A stretch of DNA of 61,793 nt, counting the filler. It is 6 parts of 6 records of this genome, joined end to end, with 100 filler letters (N's around TTAATTAATTAA, not from the genome) between each part and the next. Parts side by side here need not be neighbours in the genome. Positions count along the whole stretch, not along the records: positions 10,093 to 23,183 come from DRR723986_22870; 5 more parts are not named here. The stretch is one strand, 5' to 3'. This document shows positions 10,093-19,835 of this stretch, piece by piece (position 1 is the first letter of the stretch; every line of letters begins with the position of its first letter). Below the pieces are notes generated by a model, which was given only the letters and a program-made list of their open reading frames with translations, was not told the origin of the DNA and did no database searches. Both the position numbers and the translations under genes were made by a program.

Positions 10093-12170
10093 CCAAGCGA
10101 GCGCAGCTCAAGCTTGTCCTCAAGCGGATTGGAATTGCCTAAAGCGATCACATCCGTCGTAGCTTCACCAATTGTATTAACAACTGTGTTGGTGATGACC
10201 GGTTTGTTAAAGTCAAAGTAGATTCCCGCGCGATTGTGAATCTGTGTGCTGCGCGGCAGGCCTTTGTTTAAGTTAACTTTGTATTTAACAGCCCCGTGAC
10301 TTGCGGGTTCATCTTCTTGCTTGCCGGGCAGTTCGATGTTTGCAAATCGAAACTCAATGATATTTTGCTTCATCACACTAACGGTGTAGGCGTGTGAAGC
10401 CGCGCCAAAATGCAGAGTGTTTACGTCCAGGTCGCCATCGAGTGTATCGCGAATAATCACGTCGCGCGCCGGAGCGTCGCCAATGTTCTGGAAACGAATT
10501 GTATAAGCCAGCGTTGAATCCTCGGCCGTAATCACACCAGAATTGCCAAAACCTCGTGGCGCAACTGAGATGTCATTCGGGTCGTAGGAAGCGCGAATTA
10601 TATTGCAGATTTCGTCCTGGCGCAAGCCCGCAAGCAGATCGTCGCGGTATTTAACAAGTTCCACACGCGCACAAATTTCCTGCCCGCGCAGAGTCTCGTC
10701 TTCCGGAACTTTTAGTGTTACTTCAATTTCCAGTGTCGCGCCTATCGGCAGACTGTTGATATCCCACTCGGCAATGCCGACTGTATGACGGCTGGCTTCA
10801 GGTACGGAGTTAAGCTCCTCAAGAATTGGGTCGTAGGTAAAACGTAATTTACCGTCAAACGGCACGGTTCCGGTGTTAACAGCACGGATATGATAGAAAA
10901 TTTCACGTCCGGCAGCTGCATTCGAAGACACGATGTTAAGTTCCAGGTGTTTAAACAGCTCGATTGGAGCAAGGCCAAAGTCGAGGTCACCCTGAATGCT
11001 CCCATCAGCATTACTGATAATCTGATGAGTGGCATTTTCACAGGCGCCTTTCCAGGGCCACTCGGTTTTAACTTGCGCCTCGAATGTTCCTTGCGGCAAA
11101 TAAAGCGAATATCTACCGTCAGTACCGGCGTAGGCGCGATGCGGACCAGGCAGAAACTCCACGAGTTTTCCGGCAAAGCCGGCGTCCGTGCCATCCTTTA
11201 AACAATTGTTGTTGAGATCCGAATACACCTGGCCCGACACAAGGTCGGCCGGCGCCGGTGGAACATATAAGCGCCCGTACAAAAAGTCTATGTGCCCAAC
11301 TCCGAACGAGTATTCATATTCATACGTTGAAAGATCAAGCCAATGAAATCCATCCGACGTCGAAAGCAGCAGGCGATTTAACCCAGGATGGAGGGTTAAA
11401 CCACATCCGGATTCCGCATAAACACTCGCCTCCTGAATAATCTCGTGTCTTTCTTCGGTTCCATTAACAGGGTCAATTATTAAAAGAGACTGTGATTCTC
11501 CCGCCTCCGGATCGTAAAGCCCAACGACTGCATAGATTAAACCATTGGATGGGTGCAATGTCCAGTTGTTTAATCGGTTGGGAGTTATGTATGAGTGCAA
11601 GACCTCACGGCGGTCTTCATCAAACAGCTCAAATTCAGTTTCATTGAATCCGGCATTATCATCGACAACAAACCAATTGCGCAAGCCGTCAAAGGCTTTA
11701 CATTTATGGTTGCCCTGCTTCTCAACCGGCACCTTTAAATCTTCGACACTCCAGTCCTCTGGGTTAACTGCAACAGCACCTTCCCGCCAGTCAAAAATAT
11801 AGAATCGATCGGATTGATGGTTGTAGATAAAACCATTTCCATAATATGCAAATTCAGGCCTGCGCCCCCACGCCCCCACGCGCGCTCCTGTCTTCAAGTC
11901 AAGTGCATGCAGCGATTCAGATCCATGTATCATGACAAAATTGCCGCGGCGCGTATCAATGGCGGCTCTACTGGACGGATAGAATCGCAGAGAATCGTCG
12001 ATAATTTCTTTTTCATTTGTGGCCAAATCTATGCGCCCAAACTTGTAGTGATTGGGATGTCCATGTCCTTTCCAAATCCCATAAAAATAGCCGTCTTCCG
12101 CCAGCACGTTTAAACAGGATAGGGTAAAGACAAGTAGCAGTAGTACCAAATGCGAGATATATTTTGTCAT
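10093..12170 (-). CDS. Secreted multidomain protein (beta-propeller-like, SdrD-B-like, DUF11-like, SYDPND/DUF7619 domain), truncated at contig end
   Basis: Signal peptide from MTKYIS; SGQVYSDLNNNC; ASYDPND..YTIRFQNIG..AGIYFDFNKPVITN; a T9SS tail is likely lost at the gap. Confidence 0.8.
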
Positions 12171-13076
12171 AGTGTAGCTTGTTAAACCATTGAGATCGCA
12201 TTGGAAGTGCAGTCTCATATTTTGTGCACTGCATTCTTAACCGATGGCCATCGACTTGTACGGACAGAAAAATATCACTATAAAACTACAACCGCAAATT
12301 TCCCGGATCGCTTTGAGCCCTGCTCCCAGGCTCGCCGGTCTCAGGCTTGCTTGAGCTTTTTGTTCGTCATTGGGTTGCGATGCTGGATTCGCCGCGTGTG
12401 TACGTGAGGCTTGCGGCTCTGCGGCACAAGATTCGTGCAATAATTGATTGGGGCTCGGAGACAAGGGCATTGACGCTTAATAGTTTGGGACTTGAGCGTC
12501 GATGACTAACAAGAGGAAAAAACAAGCGACGGGAACAGACCTGTAAGGGCTGGAAGCGGGGCGAAGTGGTCTGGGGTTGGAGTAGAGATTGGTGGAAGCT
12601 TGGACAAGGAATTTTGTGACGGAATTTGGCATGAACGGGCAGTTATTTGGGTTAAACGGGAAGGCGAAAATTTTGGGCGTATTTTTGCGTGATCAGGGGA
12701 CCTCCCCGCCTCCTCCGCGGTTAAAAACTACCTCCAGCACATATTCCACCCACCCTATTAAAAAATAGGTTGATAAAATAGTTGAGGTTCGAGGAAACGG
12801 CCGTCAGTCGACGCTCCAGCCATTTGTACAAGCTTAAGGCTATCCAGTAAATTTTCAATCTGCAAAAACGCGAATGGCCAGTAAACCGCTGTTGAACGGT
12901 CAGCAATTCTGTTTTATCGCCTGGAATAACTTTGTGTGGCGAGATGCAATTCGACGTCGGAGCGCATAAAGTCACGTTAGAATTGGAGCTCACATTGGAT
13001 GGCGGCAGAAACGTAATACAGTGCACTTTAGGTGGAATCCGCCCCTTTAGAAGAGACCGATGAACATGCAAAAACT

Positions 13077-13113
13077 AAAAAAAGCCCGCCGAAAACAGGT
13101 TCCGTCGGGCTTT
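13077..13113 (-). terminator. Intrinsic terminator after SDR gene
   Basis: AAAGCCCG..CGGGCTTT hairpin followed by a T-run on the minus strand. Confidence 0.7.
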
Positions 13114-13155
13114 GTAGATTAAGCGCAAAATTGGGCAGAAACAAGTCCTGCCTGC

Positions 13156-13995
13156 TTATTTCATCAAGTCCTCTTTGCCGTGCCAGGTAAGATCGACTGC
13201 GTCTTCGCCACCATCGACGATTATACAAGCGCCGTTCATCCAGTAGCTGCCGGGAGCCGCCAGTAATGCAATCATTGAGGCAACATCTTCCGGAGTTGTA
13301 AGGCGATGGTGCGGATTGCGCATCTCGGCATGTGCCTGAATGACTTCGTTTCCAGGAATTTTCTGCAGAGCAGGCGTCACAGTTACACCAGCGCGTAATG
13401 TATTGGCCGTAATTCCATGTGGAGCAAGTTCAAGCGCCAGTTGACGGATGTATGATTCGAGCGCGGCTTTGGCGGCCGACACAATTCCGTAGGTTGGCAG
13501 AACACGGGAAGCACCGTTGCTGGACATCGCGACAATGCGGGCGCCCTTGCCAAAGAGGTTGGCGGCGAGAACATCCTGCGTCCAGTACACCAGGCTATTT
13601 GCCATAACATCAAGTGTCATGTTTATCTGCTTTTGGGAAGCAACACGTTCACCTTCGTTGGCAGGCACCAGCGGCAGCAGCGAACCAAAGGCCAGAGAGT
13701 GCAACATAAAGCTGATTTCAGCACCTTCGCGCTCGGCGAACACTGTTTGCACAGATGCAATTACCTCAGCGCGCTTGCCGGCGTCGGCAGCATTAACATT
13801 AAAGAAATGCGCTTCCACGCCATGCGATTCCAACTCGGCGCGCAGTTCATTCGCGGCTGCGAGGCCTGCAGCACGATCAAGGTGAACACCGACGATGTTA
13901 AATCCATCACGTGCCAACGCCAATGCGCTGGAACGACCGATACCACTCGAAACTCCAAGAATCAGGGCGTAACGATTGTTTGAGCTGGATGCCAT
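13156..13995 (-). CDS. SDR oxidoreductase, enoyl-ACP reductase (FabL-like)
   Basis: GVSSGIG Rossmann motif, YGIVSAAK, terminal IVDGG. Confidence 0.82.
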   Translation of the reverse strand: MASSSNNRYALILGVSSGIGRSSALALARDGFNIVGVHLDRAAGLAAANELRAELESHGVEAHFFNVNAADAGKRAEVIASVQTVFAEREGAEISFMLHSLAFGSLLPLVPANEGERVASQKQINMTLDVMANSLVYWTQDVLAANLFGKGARIVAMSSNGASRVLPTYGIVSAAKAALESYIRQLALELAPHGITANTLRAGVTVTPALQKIPGNEVIQAHAEMRNPHHRLTTPEDVASMIALLAAPGSYWMNGACIIVDGGEDAVDLTWHGKEDLMK

Positions 13996-14152
13996 AGTGT
14001 TGTGGTTCCAATGTAGACTGTAAGAAGAGATTCCAAATCATTGCAGCAAGATGCAGTGCGTTGATCTGCCGAAACAACAAAATTATGAGGTTTGACGATC
14101 AGCACAAAACAATTGTTGGGAGAAGCGGCTGAGAAATACCCAGAAAGGGGCG

Positions 14153-14824
14153 TCAGCGGACTGATTCGCAGTTGGCGAGGCGCAGATATGCGGAGGACGG
14201 ATATTGCGCTCTAAACAGTTCGAACAGCGACTCCGCGCGCGCGTCATCGCCTAGAATACAGTACATCTGGCCCAGGCGCACCATAACTTTCTCATTGACG
14301 GCAGCAGGTGTAGAGCTGTCGGCATACATGCTTTCGAGCAGGCGCACGGATGTGACCAGTTTATCGCGAATCGCCGCACATTCGGCCAACATAAACAGAG
14401 ATTCATACCGCAGGGAGTCACGTGCCGGCAGGGTGCCGCTCAGGAGTTCAAAGGAACTGCAGGCTTCGTCGATCTCGTCGCGATCAAAGAGCTCCAGGCT
14501 GCGGGCGAACTCCAGTTCGAGCGGGTCGCCGCCGGTGCCGATTGGCGCGCCGGACTCATCGACTGGATAGTCCTCCCCGGGAATAGGATCGAAGCTGCGT
14601 GGTGTGTAGTCAATAAATACAGTGTCTTTGGCCACATCGTCAGTTTCGACGACACTTCCCAGTTGGGGCGGCAGAGTTTTGTCTTCCGGACTGCGTTCCA
14701 CATCCGTGGGTTTGATACGTTCGGGGAACACATCTTCGCGCACACTTGCGATGCAGCTGCACAGGAAGAGAGCCATTCCGCTGATCATCAGGCGGGAAAA
14801 GACATTTATGGGCCAGAGCTTCAT
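14153..14824 (-). CDS. TPR-like lipoprotein
   Basis: Lipobox LCSC; helical repeats ending FRAQYPSSAY (CpoB/YbgF-like). Confidence 0.7.
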   Translation of the reverse strand: MKLWPINVFSRLMISGMALFLCSCIASVREDVFPERIKPTDVERSPEDKTLPPQLGSVVETDDVAKDTVFIDYTPRSFDPIPGEDYPVDESGAPIGTGGDPLELEFARSLELFDRDEIDEACSSFELLSGTLPARDSLRYESLFMLAECAAIRDKLVTSVRLLESMYADSSTPAAVNEKVMVRLGQMYCILGDDARAESLFELFRAQYPSSAYLRLANCESVR

Positions 14825-14912
14825 GCTGAAAGTTACGCAAAATTTGGCGTGTCAAATAATTGAAGCCGGTTTTGGCCTGTATCCAGGTGGCGAATCCCAA
14901 GCTTGAAAACAG

Positions 14913-14948
14913 AAAAAGCCGATGAGGTCGGCGACACTCATCGGCTTT
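14913..14948 (-). terminator. Intrinsic terminator after rlpA
   Basis: AAAGCCGATGAG..CTCATCGGCTTT stem with minus-strand T-run. Confidence 0.72.
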
Positions 14949-14981
14949 GGAAGATTGTAATTGGAGCTTCAGTGGCTGAGT

Positions 14982-15857
14982 CTAGAGATTGCTGACGAGG
15001 TCAACATCTTTGAATGTAACCGGCAGCACATCTTCGTACTGCTTGAAGCGATTCACAGCGCGCACGATTGTGTACTGATAATACGGCGTTCCGCGATGTG
15101 AGCGGATCCAGCGCGCGGCGCGTTTGAGGCTCTCAGCATCCGTTGGCATTGTGACGTTCAGGAACAGAGCTTCGTCCGACTCTAAACGCATTTGGTCCCA
15201 CTGTTGCATGATTTCCGTGAAATCATCCGAACTGTGCAGAACTGAATCTACGATTACACCCGATACTGGGTGGTTATCGGCATCAAATGTCAGTGCCGGA
15301 GCGACTGTGTCCCCCACCTGCGGCAGATGTTCTTTGCGCAAGCGTTCGACGGGAGTGAATGATTCGATTTGAACCTTGCCAAGCGCGAGTTCAAGACGCT
15401 CAGCAACAGTTTTTGACAGGTCAATAATGCGGCCTTTAATATATGGTCCACGATCATTGACGCGTACTAAGGAACTTTCACCCGTGCGCTTGTTCGTAAC
15501 GCGCAGGATAGTACCAAATGGAAGAGTTTTATGGGCTGCCGTGTACGCGTGCATATTATAGCGCTCACCGTTAGCAGTCAGGCGACCATGAAAGTAGCCA
15601 CCATACCATGAAGCGATTCCACGCTCCGAAAAGTCAGCAGTGTCGAGTTTGACGATTGGACGCATAGCTGGCCCGAAGGACGCAGCTTTGCTGTCGAGGA
15701 TATCCTGGAGAATCTCAGACGACGCGGCTGCCACAGTGTGGTCAACTTCGTGTGCCTGTACTAAAAACCCGAACGAAAAAATGCTGAGTACCCCTCCGAC
15801 GAACACAGCGAGTTTGACTACCTGACGGCGTCCCCACTTTGTTACGTTGAATTGCAT
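14982..15857 (-). CDS. rlpA: Septal ring lytic transglycosylase RlpA family (DPBB domain)
   Basis: GIASWYG..HGRLTANGE..TAAHKTLPFGT..VRVNDRGPY..RIIDLS; ATG 15857 preceded by AGAAAGGT. Confidence 0.9.
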   Translation of the reverse strand: MQFNVTKWGRRQVVKLAVFVGGVLSIFSFGFLVQAHEVDHTVAAASSEILQDILDSKAASFGPAMRPIVKLDTADFSERGIASWYGGYFHGRLTANGERYNMHAYTAAHKTLPFGTILRVTNKRTGESSLVRVNDRGPYIKGRIIDLSKTVAERLELALGKVQIESFTPVERLRKEHLPQVGDTVAPALTFDADNHPVSGVIVDSVLHSSDDFTEIMQQWDQMRLESDEALFLNVTMPTDAESLKRAARWIRSHRGTPYYQYTIVRAVNRFKQYEDVLPVTFKDVDLVSNL

Positions 15858-15890
15858 CGCATTTACCTTTCTGAAGTTTGACAAAGCAGA

Positions 15891-15969
15891 ATTCCGTGAC
15901 GGCGGAACCCGAATGTTCCGTAGTACCGTCGGCAACAAGCAAAGTTGGAAGTTGCGCTTTCAACGGAAT
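15891..15969 (-). promoter_or_regulatory. Structured 5' leader (three-way junction) upstream of rlpA
   Basis: Nested perfect stems ATTCCGT/ACGGAAT, GACGG/CCGTC, CGGAAC/GTTCCG, GCAAC/GTTGC. Confidence 0.45.
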
Positions 15970-16402
15970 ACAAAGTTACGGGTGATTTGATCAACCCACA
16001 ATTAACCGGATATGAATAAGTATTCATGTTTTGTTTAGGCCGATTTCATTTTCAGAAAACACACATTTTCTTAAAAATCCACCCTCGCAAAGCCACCCCC
16101 GCAGCACAAATAGCTATATTTGGCCGTTTTTAAGCGGTTCATGAAATTCGGAGGCCGCACTCAAGGATATAACATGTACACTCAGTTCCCCAAAGTTCAT
16201 CAAGCGTTCATCTAAATAGCGCTGATTGTGAACGCCACATGACATCAAAAGTTTATTGTAGCATGGTGTAAAAACGATTGCATTCGCCAAGTTGGTGGTG
16301 TATATTCCAGACACTGCCCCCGAAAGATGGTTATGATCAGTACCATCATCGAAACAGTTTATCCGCTCAGTGTCCTATTCCTCATCGAGGAGGAGAAAGA
16401 TA

Positions 16403-17299
16403 ATGACACGACTCAAAACCTGCGCAATACTGCTTGCCGGACTCTTAAGTACAAGTACCTTGCTCCACACTCAGGACCAACGTTATGAGTCCATTGGCGA
16501 ACTAGGGTCTCTGGATGACATTACTATATCGACCAGCATCGTTGAAGTAATACTCGTTTTTGAACCAAATAACCCGCGCCGCGACCTGCTTGAGTTGCTG
16601 CAAGCTTTTCCACAGCTCTTACCGCCGGAACCCGGGGACTATCTGCGGTCGGATGCCGTTAAACTGGCATTGCGTCCAGACTTGCGCGGCAACCAACAGG
16701 CTTTGGATGACCTGATGCAGGAGTTGCGCCAGGCTATAACGCTCCGCGGAGTTAATCCCGTCTATGTAGCTGAGTCAGGTAAACCACTTTATTTGGATAA
16801 TACGATTCGCTGCCAGCTCGCTGACGGTGTTAGTCCGGAAGAGATTCTGGATATTGCCGCAGAGGCCGGTTTCCCCTTGCAGCACTCGCACACTGAAAAC
16901 ATTGTGACCGATACGGAAATCTTCCTGGTACCGCGTGCATTTGATGTTGTTGAAGTGGCGCGCTCACTGGATTTGAATCAGCGAACCAATTTTGCGCGTC
17001 CCGTATTGATTGACCGCTCGCAGTTTGAAGCCGCACCTGGCCTGATCGTCGGTACAGCTCCCAACCCATGTACACAAAATGCTCTGATTACTTACTCTGT
17101 GGAGTACGGTGGACCGATCAGCCTGACGGTACATCGAATGGACGGTACACGAATGTTGCAGGTAGTTGACAGCCCGGATCATCCGCGCGGCATGTCACGC
17201 CACGAAATTGATGTGTCCTTATGGCCAATCGGGACCTACCTGGTCCATCTGGAAACACCATACGATGGCCGCACCAGCAAGTTTGTAGTGACCCGCTAA
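16403..17299 (+). CDS. T9SS type A sorting domain protein with subtilase prodomain-like region
   Basis: Signal peptide MTRLKTCAILLAG; C-terminal APNP..ITYSV..LTVHRMDG..GTYLVHL..SKFVV. Confidence 0.78.
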   Translation: MTRLKTCAILLAGLLSTSTLLHTQDQRYESIGELGSLDDITISTSIVEVILVFEPNNPRRDLLELLQAFPQLLPPEPGDYLRSDAVKLALRPDLRGNQQALDDLMQELRQAITLRGVNPVYVAESGKPLYLDNTIRCQLADGVSPEEILDIAAEAGFPLQHSHTENIVTDTEIFLVPRAFDVVEVARSLDLNQRTNFARPVLIDRSQFEAAPGLIVGTAPNPCTQNALITYSVEYGGPISLTVHRMDGTRMLQVVDSPDHPRGMSRHEIDVSLWPIGTYLVHLETPYDGRTSKFVVTR

Positions 17300-17390
17300 C
17301 GCTGTGGGCGGGTGGGCTTGCTAGTCGAATATATAGCAGACCATGCACCAGAGCTAAAAAACTATAGCATTTTGACCGCTTTCAGTGAAT

Positions 17391-17496
17391 CCCTTATGCC
17401 ACTCTAAGCATTTCCCTTAGAGAAAGATCAGAAAAACCCTTAGGGAAAATTCAGAGTTTTTCCGATTGACCGGTCAGGTATATAAGTGTAAATTGC
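17391..17496 (+). promoter_or_regulatory. Promoter TTGACC-N17-TAAATT preceded by three CCCTTA repeats
   Basis: -35 at 17466-17471, -10 at 17489-17494; CCCTTA at 17391, 17414 and 17437 (23-bp period). Confidence 0.55.
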
Positions 17497-17500
17497 ATCC

Positions 17501-17941
17501 AGTTATTGTCGCTTTAAGCCATGCGACTAAAACAACCGACTAATGATACTACACTGATGCAATCCAACTTCTACTGTGCTCTATCAACCAATTGTCAGCC
17601 AAGTTAACAGCGGACGCTTGCAACTTGCACTTTGCGCACCAGCAGTAGTCTAATCAGGTAATATGAACATACTTCTTACATGTCTTAGACAGCCGCACTG
17701 GTGTGACGTGCTGTAGCCGGACGTCTGATCTTGTTAGCTCTGCCTGTGGATGCAGGCGCGGCAAGGTCAAACAAATCAGAAAGCTTCGGATTTCCGCGCA
17801 GCTGACTTCGCTGGAAGTAGCTCTTCTACGAAACAGCGCACGTGTGGATATCTGATAAAGCGAGGAGGAATCTCGTGGCAGTGGGGATTCCTCCTTTGCC
17901 TTTTTAAAAGCACTCGTCCTGAGGGACGAGTGCTTTTTTTT
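17501..17941 (+). ncRNA. Candidate ~440-nt structured non-coding RNA of unknown class
   Basis: Bounded by a promoter and a strong terminator; several nested stems; no convincing ORF. Confidence 0.5.
17906..17941 (+). terminator. Strong intrinsic terminator, possibly bidirectional with pyrF
   Basis: AAAAGCACTCGTCC-TGAG-GGACGAGTGCTTTTTTTT. Confidence 0.88.
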
Positions 17942-18057
17942 GTATTTACGCTAAAATTGTTATCCAGTGATTGTTGGAGTGCACGGCGTGTTGTGCGCTA
18001 TTATGGCTTCGACCATAACAAACCAAGTAGGAAACGCCAAAAATCAGCGTTTTTGAT

Positions 18058-18858
18058 CTATGCCTGGAGAAGATCGCGGAATTTTTGGGCGGCAGCGGCG
18101 GCAGCTGTCGAATAATCACCAGCGCCTGAGGCGTACATAATGCCGCGCGAAACGTTCACTACACAAAGTCCATTGCCGTTTGCAGCGATCACGGCAGCGG
18201 GATCACCACCTTGGGTTCCAACGCCGGGAATCAGTAGAGGTGCCTGCGTTAACGTGCGCACGTCGGCGATTGCGGCAGCATTGGTTGCTCCAACTACAAA
18301 ACCACACTCTCCGGCAGCTGATGCACTCCACTCGTCACAGCGGCGAATGACTTCGCGATACAGCGGTTCGCCATCCTGGCTCCAGTGCTGAAAGTCTTTA
18401 GCGCCAGGGTTGGATGTGTGTGCCAAAACAAATGCGAGTTTGCCGTACTCTGCGATGAAGGGCTCAACGGCATCGCGGCCCATGTATGGATTGATAGTGA
18501 TTGAATCAAAGCCAAAGGTATCAAAGTACGAGTCGGCATAGGCTTTGGCGGTGTTGCCGATGTCACCGCGTTTGGCGTCGGCAATCGTCAGGCGGTCGGA
18601 CGGCACGTCTTGCAGACTGCGCTGCAGGATATCGAGTCCCTGGCCACCGAGGCGTTCAAAAAAGGCCAGGTTAAACTTAAATGAGCAGGCGTATTCGGCC
18701 GTTGCGGCGATAATTTCGCGCACAAAGCGCTCAAAGTCGGCCGCGCCGGCCTGCATGCCGGCCGGCATGCGCGCCATATCCGGGTCGATTCCAACACATA
18801 ACTGGCTCTTGTGCAGGGATTGCGCCTGCGCTAGTTTCTCGCTCGAATTCAAATGCAT
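18058..18858 (-). CDS. pyrF: Orotidine-5'-phosphate decarboxylase (type 2)
   Basis: LCVGIDP, FKFNLAFFE, IADAKRGDIGNT, NPYMG, TSNPGA, LIPGVGTQGG, NVSRGI. Confidence 0.96.
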   Translation of the reverse strand: MHLNSSEKLAQAQSLHKSQLCVGIDPDMARMPAGMQAGAADFERFVREIIAATAEYACSFKFNLAFFERLGGQGLDILQRSLQDVPSDRLTIADAKRGDIGNTAKAYADSYFDTFGFDSITINPYMGRDAVEPFIAEYGKLAFVLAHTSNPGAKDFQHWSQDGEPLYREVIRRCDEWSASAAGECGFVVGATNAAAIADVRTLTQAPLLIPGVGTQGGDPAAVIAANGNGLCVVNVSRGIMYASGAGDYSTAAAAAAQKFRDLLQA

Positions 18859-18929
18859 CTCCCTATTTATTTGATCAAAGAGCGAAGGCGGAGCGACCGC
18901 GTCGCCCGCCGCTCCCAATTTTAGAATCA

Positions 18930-19778
18930 TTATCCACCGGTCGTGCCGCGGCGTCCCGAAGCCGGAATCTTGGCTACCATCTGTTTGTAGCGTTTGCTAA
19001 AGAGGTTTGCCTCGCTGGGATTGCCAACATTCGCTTTTTTGACCATTGCCTGGAACGCATCCACGCGGTCCTGCGGCAGTGGGTGCGTCGATAGTAGACG
19101 CTCAAGTGTCGAGCCTTTGCTTGCGCGGTCGGCCTGAATCTTGCGGAAAAAGAACATTGCACCGCCAGGGTACCACTTGGTACTTTGCAAATACTTAAAT
19201 GACGAGGCATCGGCCTGGGACTCGTCTTCGCGGCTGTGATGCATGAGTGCCAGTCCGGAGAACAAGTTACCGGCAATCTGCTCAGCCTGTCCCGGATCTT
19301 CGCCCAGCACGAAGTTGAGCAGCACCTGATATCCCAGTGCTTTCGTCATTCTGGTTGTGCTGTGGCGGTGCTCGGCATGTGCAATTTCGTGCCCCAGAAC
19401 GCCGGCCAGCGAAGCCTCATCATCCAGATATTTCATCAGACCCGTATAGACATAGATGTAGCCGCCGGGAGTGCAGAAGGCATTGTAGGTCGCATCGTCG
19501 TGAATGATTTTGACGTCGTAGGCAAAGGTGCCGCGGTATTTGACGTGCGGAGAGCGGATGATCTGGTTGACCATCTGCTGAACGTAGTTGCGCGTACCGG
19601 CATCGTTGAGCAGTGGATATTCCGCGCTGTTCTGATTGATTTCCGCGGCCACGTCTTTCCCCAGATCAGCATCATACTGAACCGAAAAGAGGTTGGCTCC
19701 ACAATAGGTGGCGCCGCCGGCCATAGCAACAAAGAAGATGATAACGCTTGCGCGCCTGACTGCTAGCTGGATACTCAT
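18930..19778 (-). CDS. M48 family Zn-metallopeptidase (BepA/YfgC-like)
   Basis: NAFCTPGGYIYVYTG, HEIAH, EDESQAD, LSTHP. Confidence 0.92.
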   Translation of the reverse strand: MSIQLAVRRASVIIFFVAMAGGATYCGANLFSVQYDADLGKDVAAEINQNSAEYPLLNDAGTRNYVQQMVNQIIRSPHVKYRGTFAYDVKIIHDDATYNAFCTPGGYIYVYTGLMKYLDDEASLAGVLGHEIAHAEHRHSTTRMTKALGYQVLLNFVLGEDPGQAEQIAGNLFSGLALMHHSREDESQADASSFKYLQSTKWYPGGAMFFFRKIQADRASKGSTLERLLSTHPLPQDRVDAFQAMVKKANVGNPSEANLFSKRYKQMVAKIPASGRRGTTGG

Positions 19779-19835
19779 TCCCTTTCATCCCGAGAGTGAA
19801 CAATTAAGGTAATTAGACCGGGAAAACCGAGCCTG

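Noticed and set aside
12300-12720. Possible tmRNA or tRNA remnant near GGGGACCTCCCCGCCTCCTCC
   Set aside because: No T-loop (GTTCGA), no CCA end and no tag reading frame
12721-13071. 116-aa minus-strand ORF
   Set aside because: No RBS, no recognisable motif and atypical composition
15858-15938. Extended N-termini given by the ORF track for rlpA (also mtaB, truA, tolB, MCP and the 41601 ORF)
   Set aside because: Downstream starts fit the RBS, signal peptide or family N-terminus better
17750-18115. 121-aa plus-strand ORF
   Set aside because: It runs through a strong terminator and overlaps pyrF antisense
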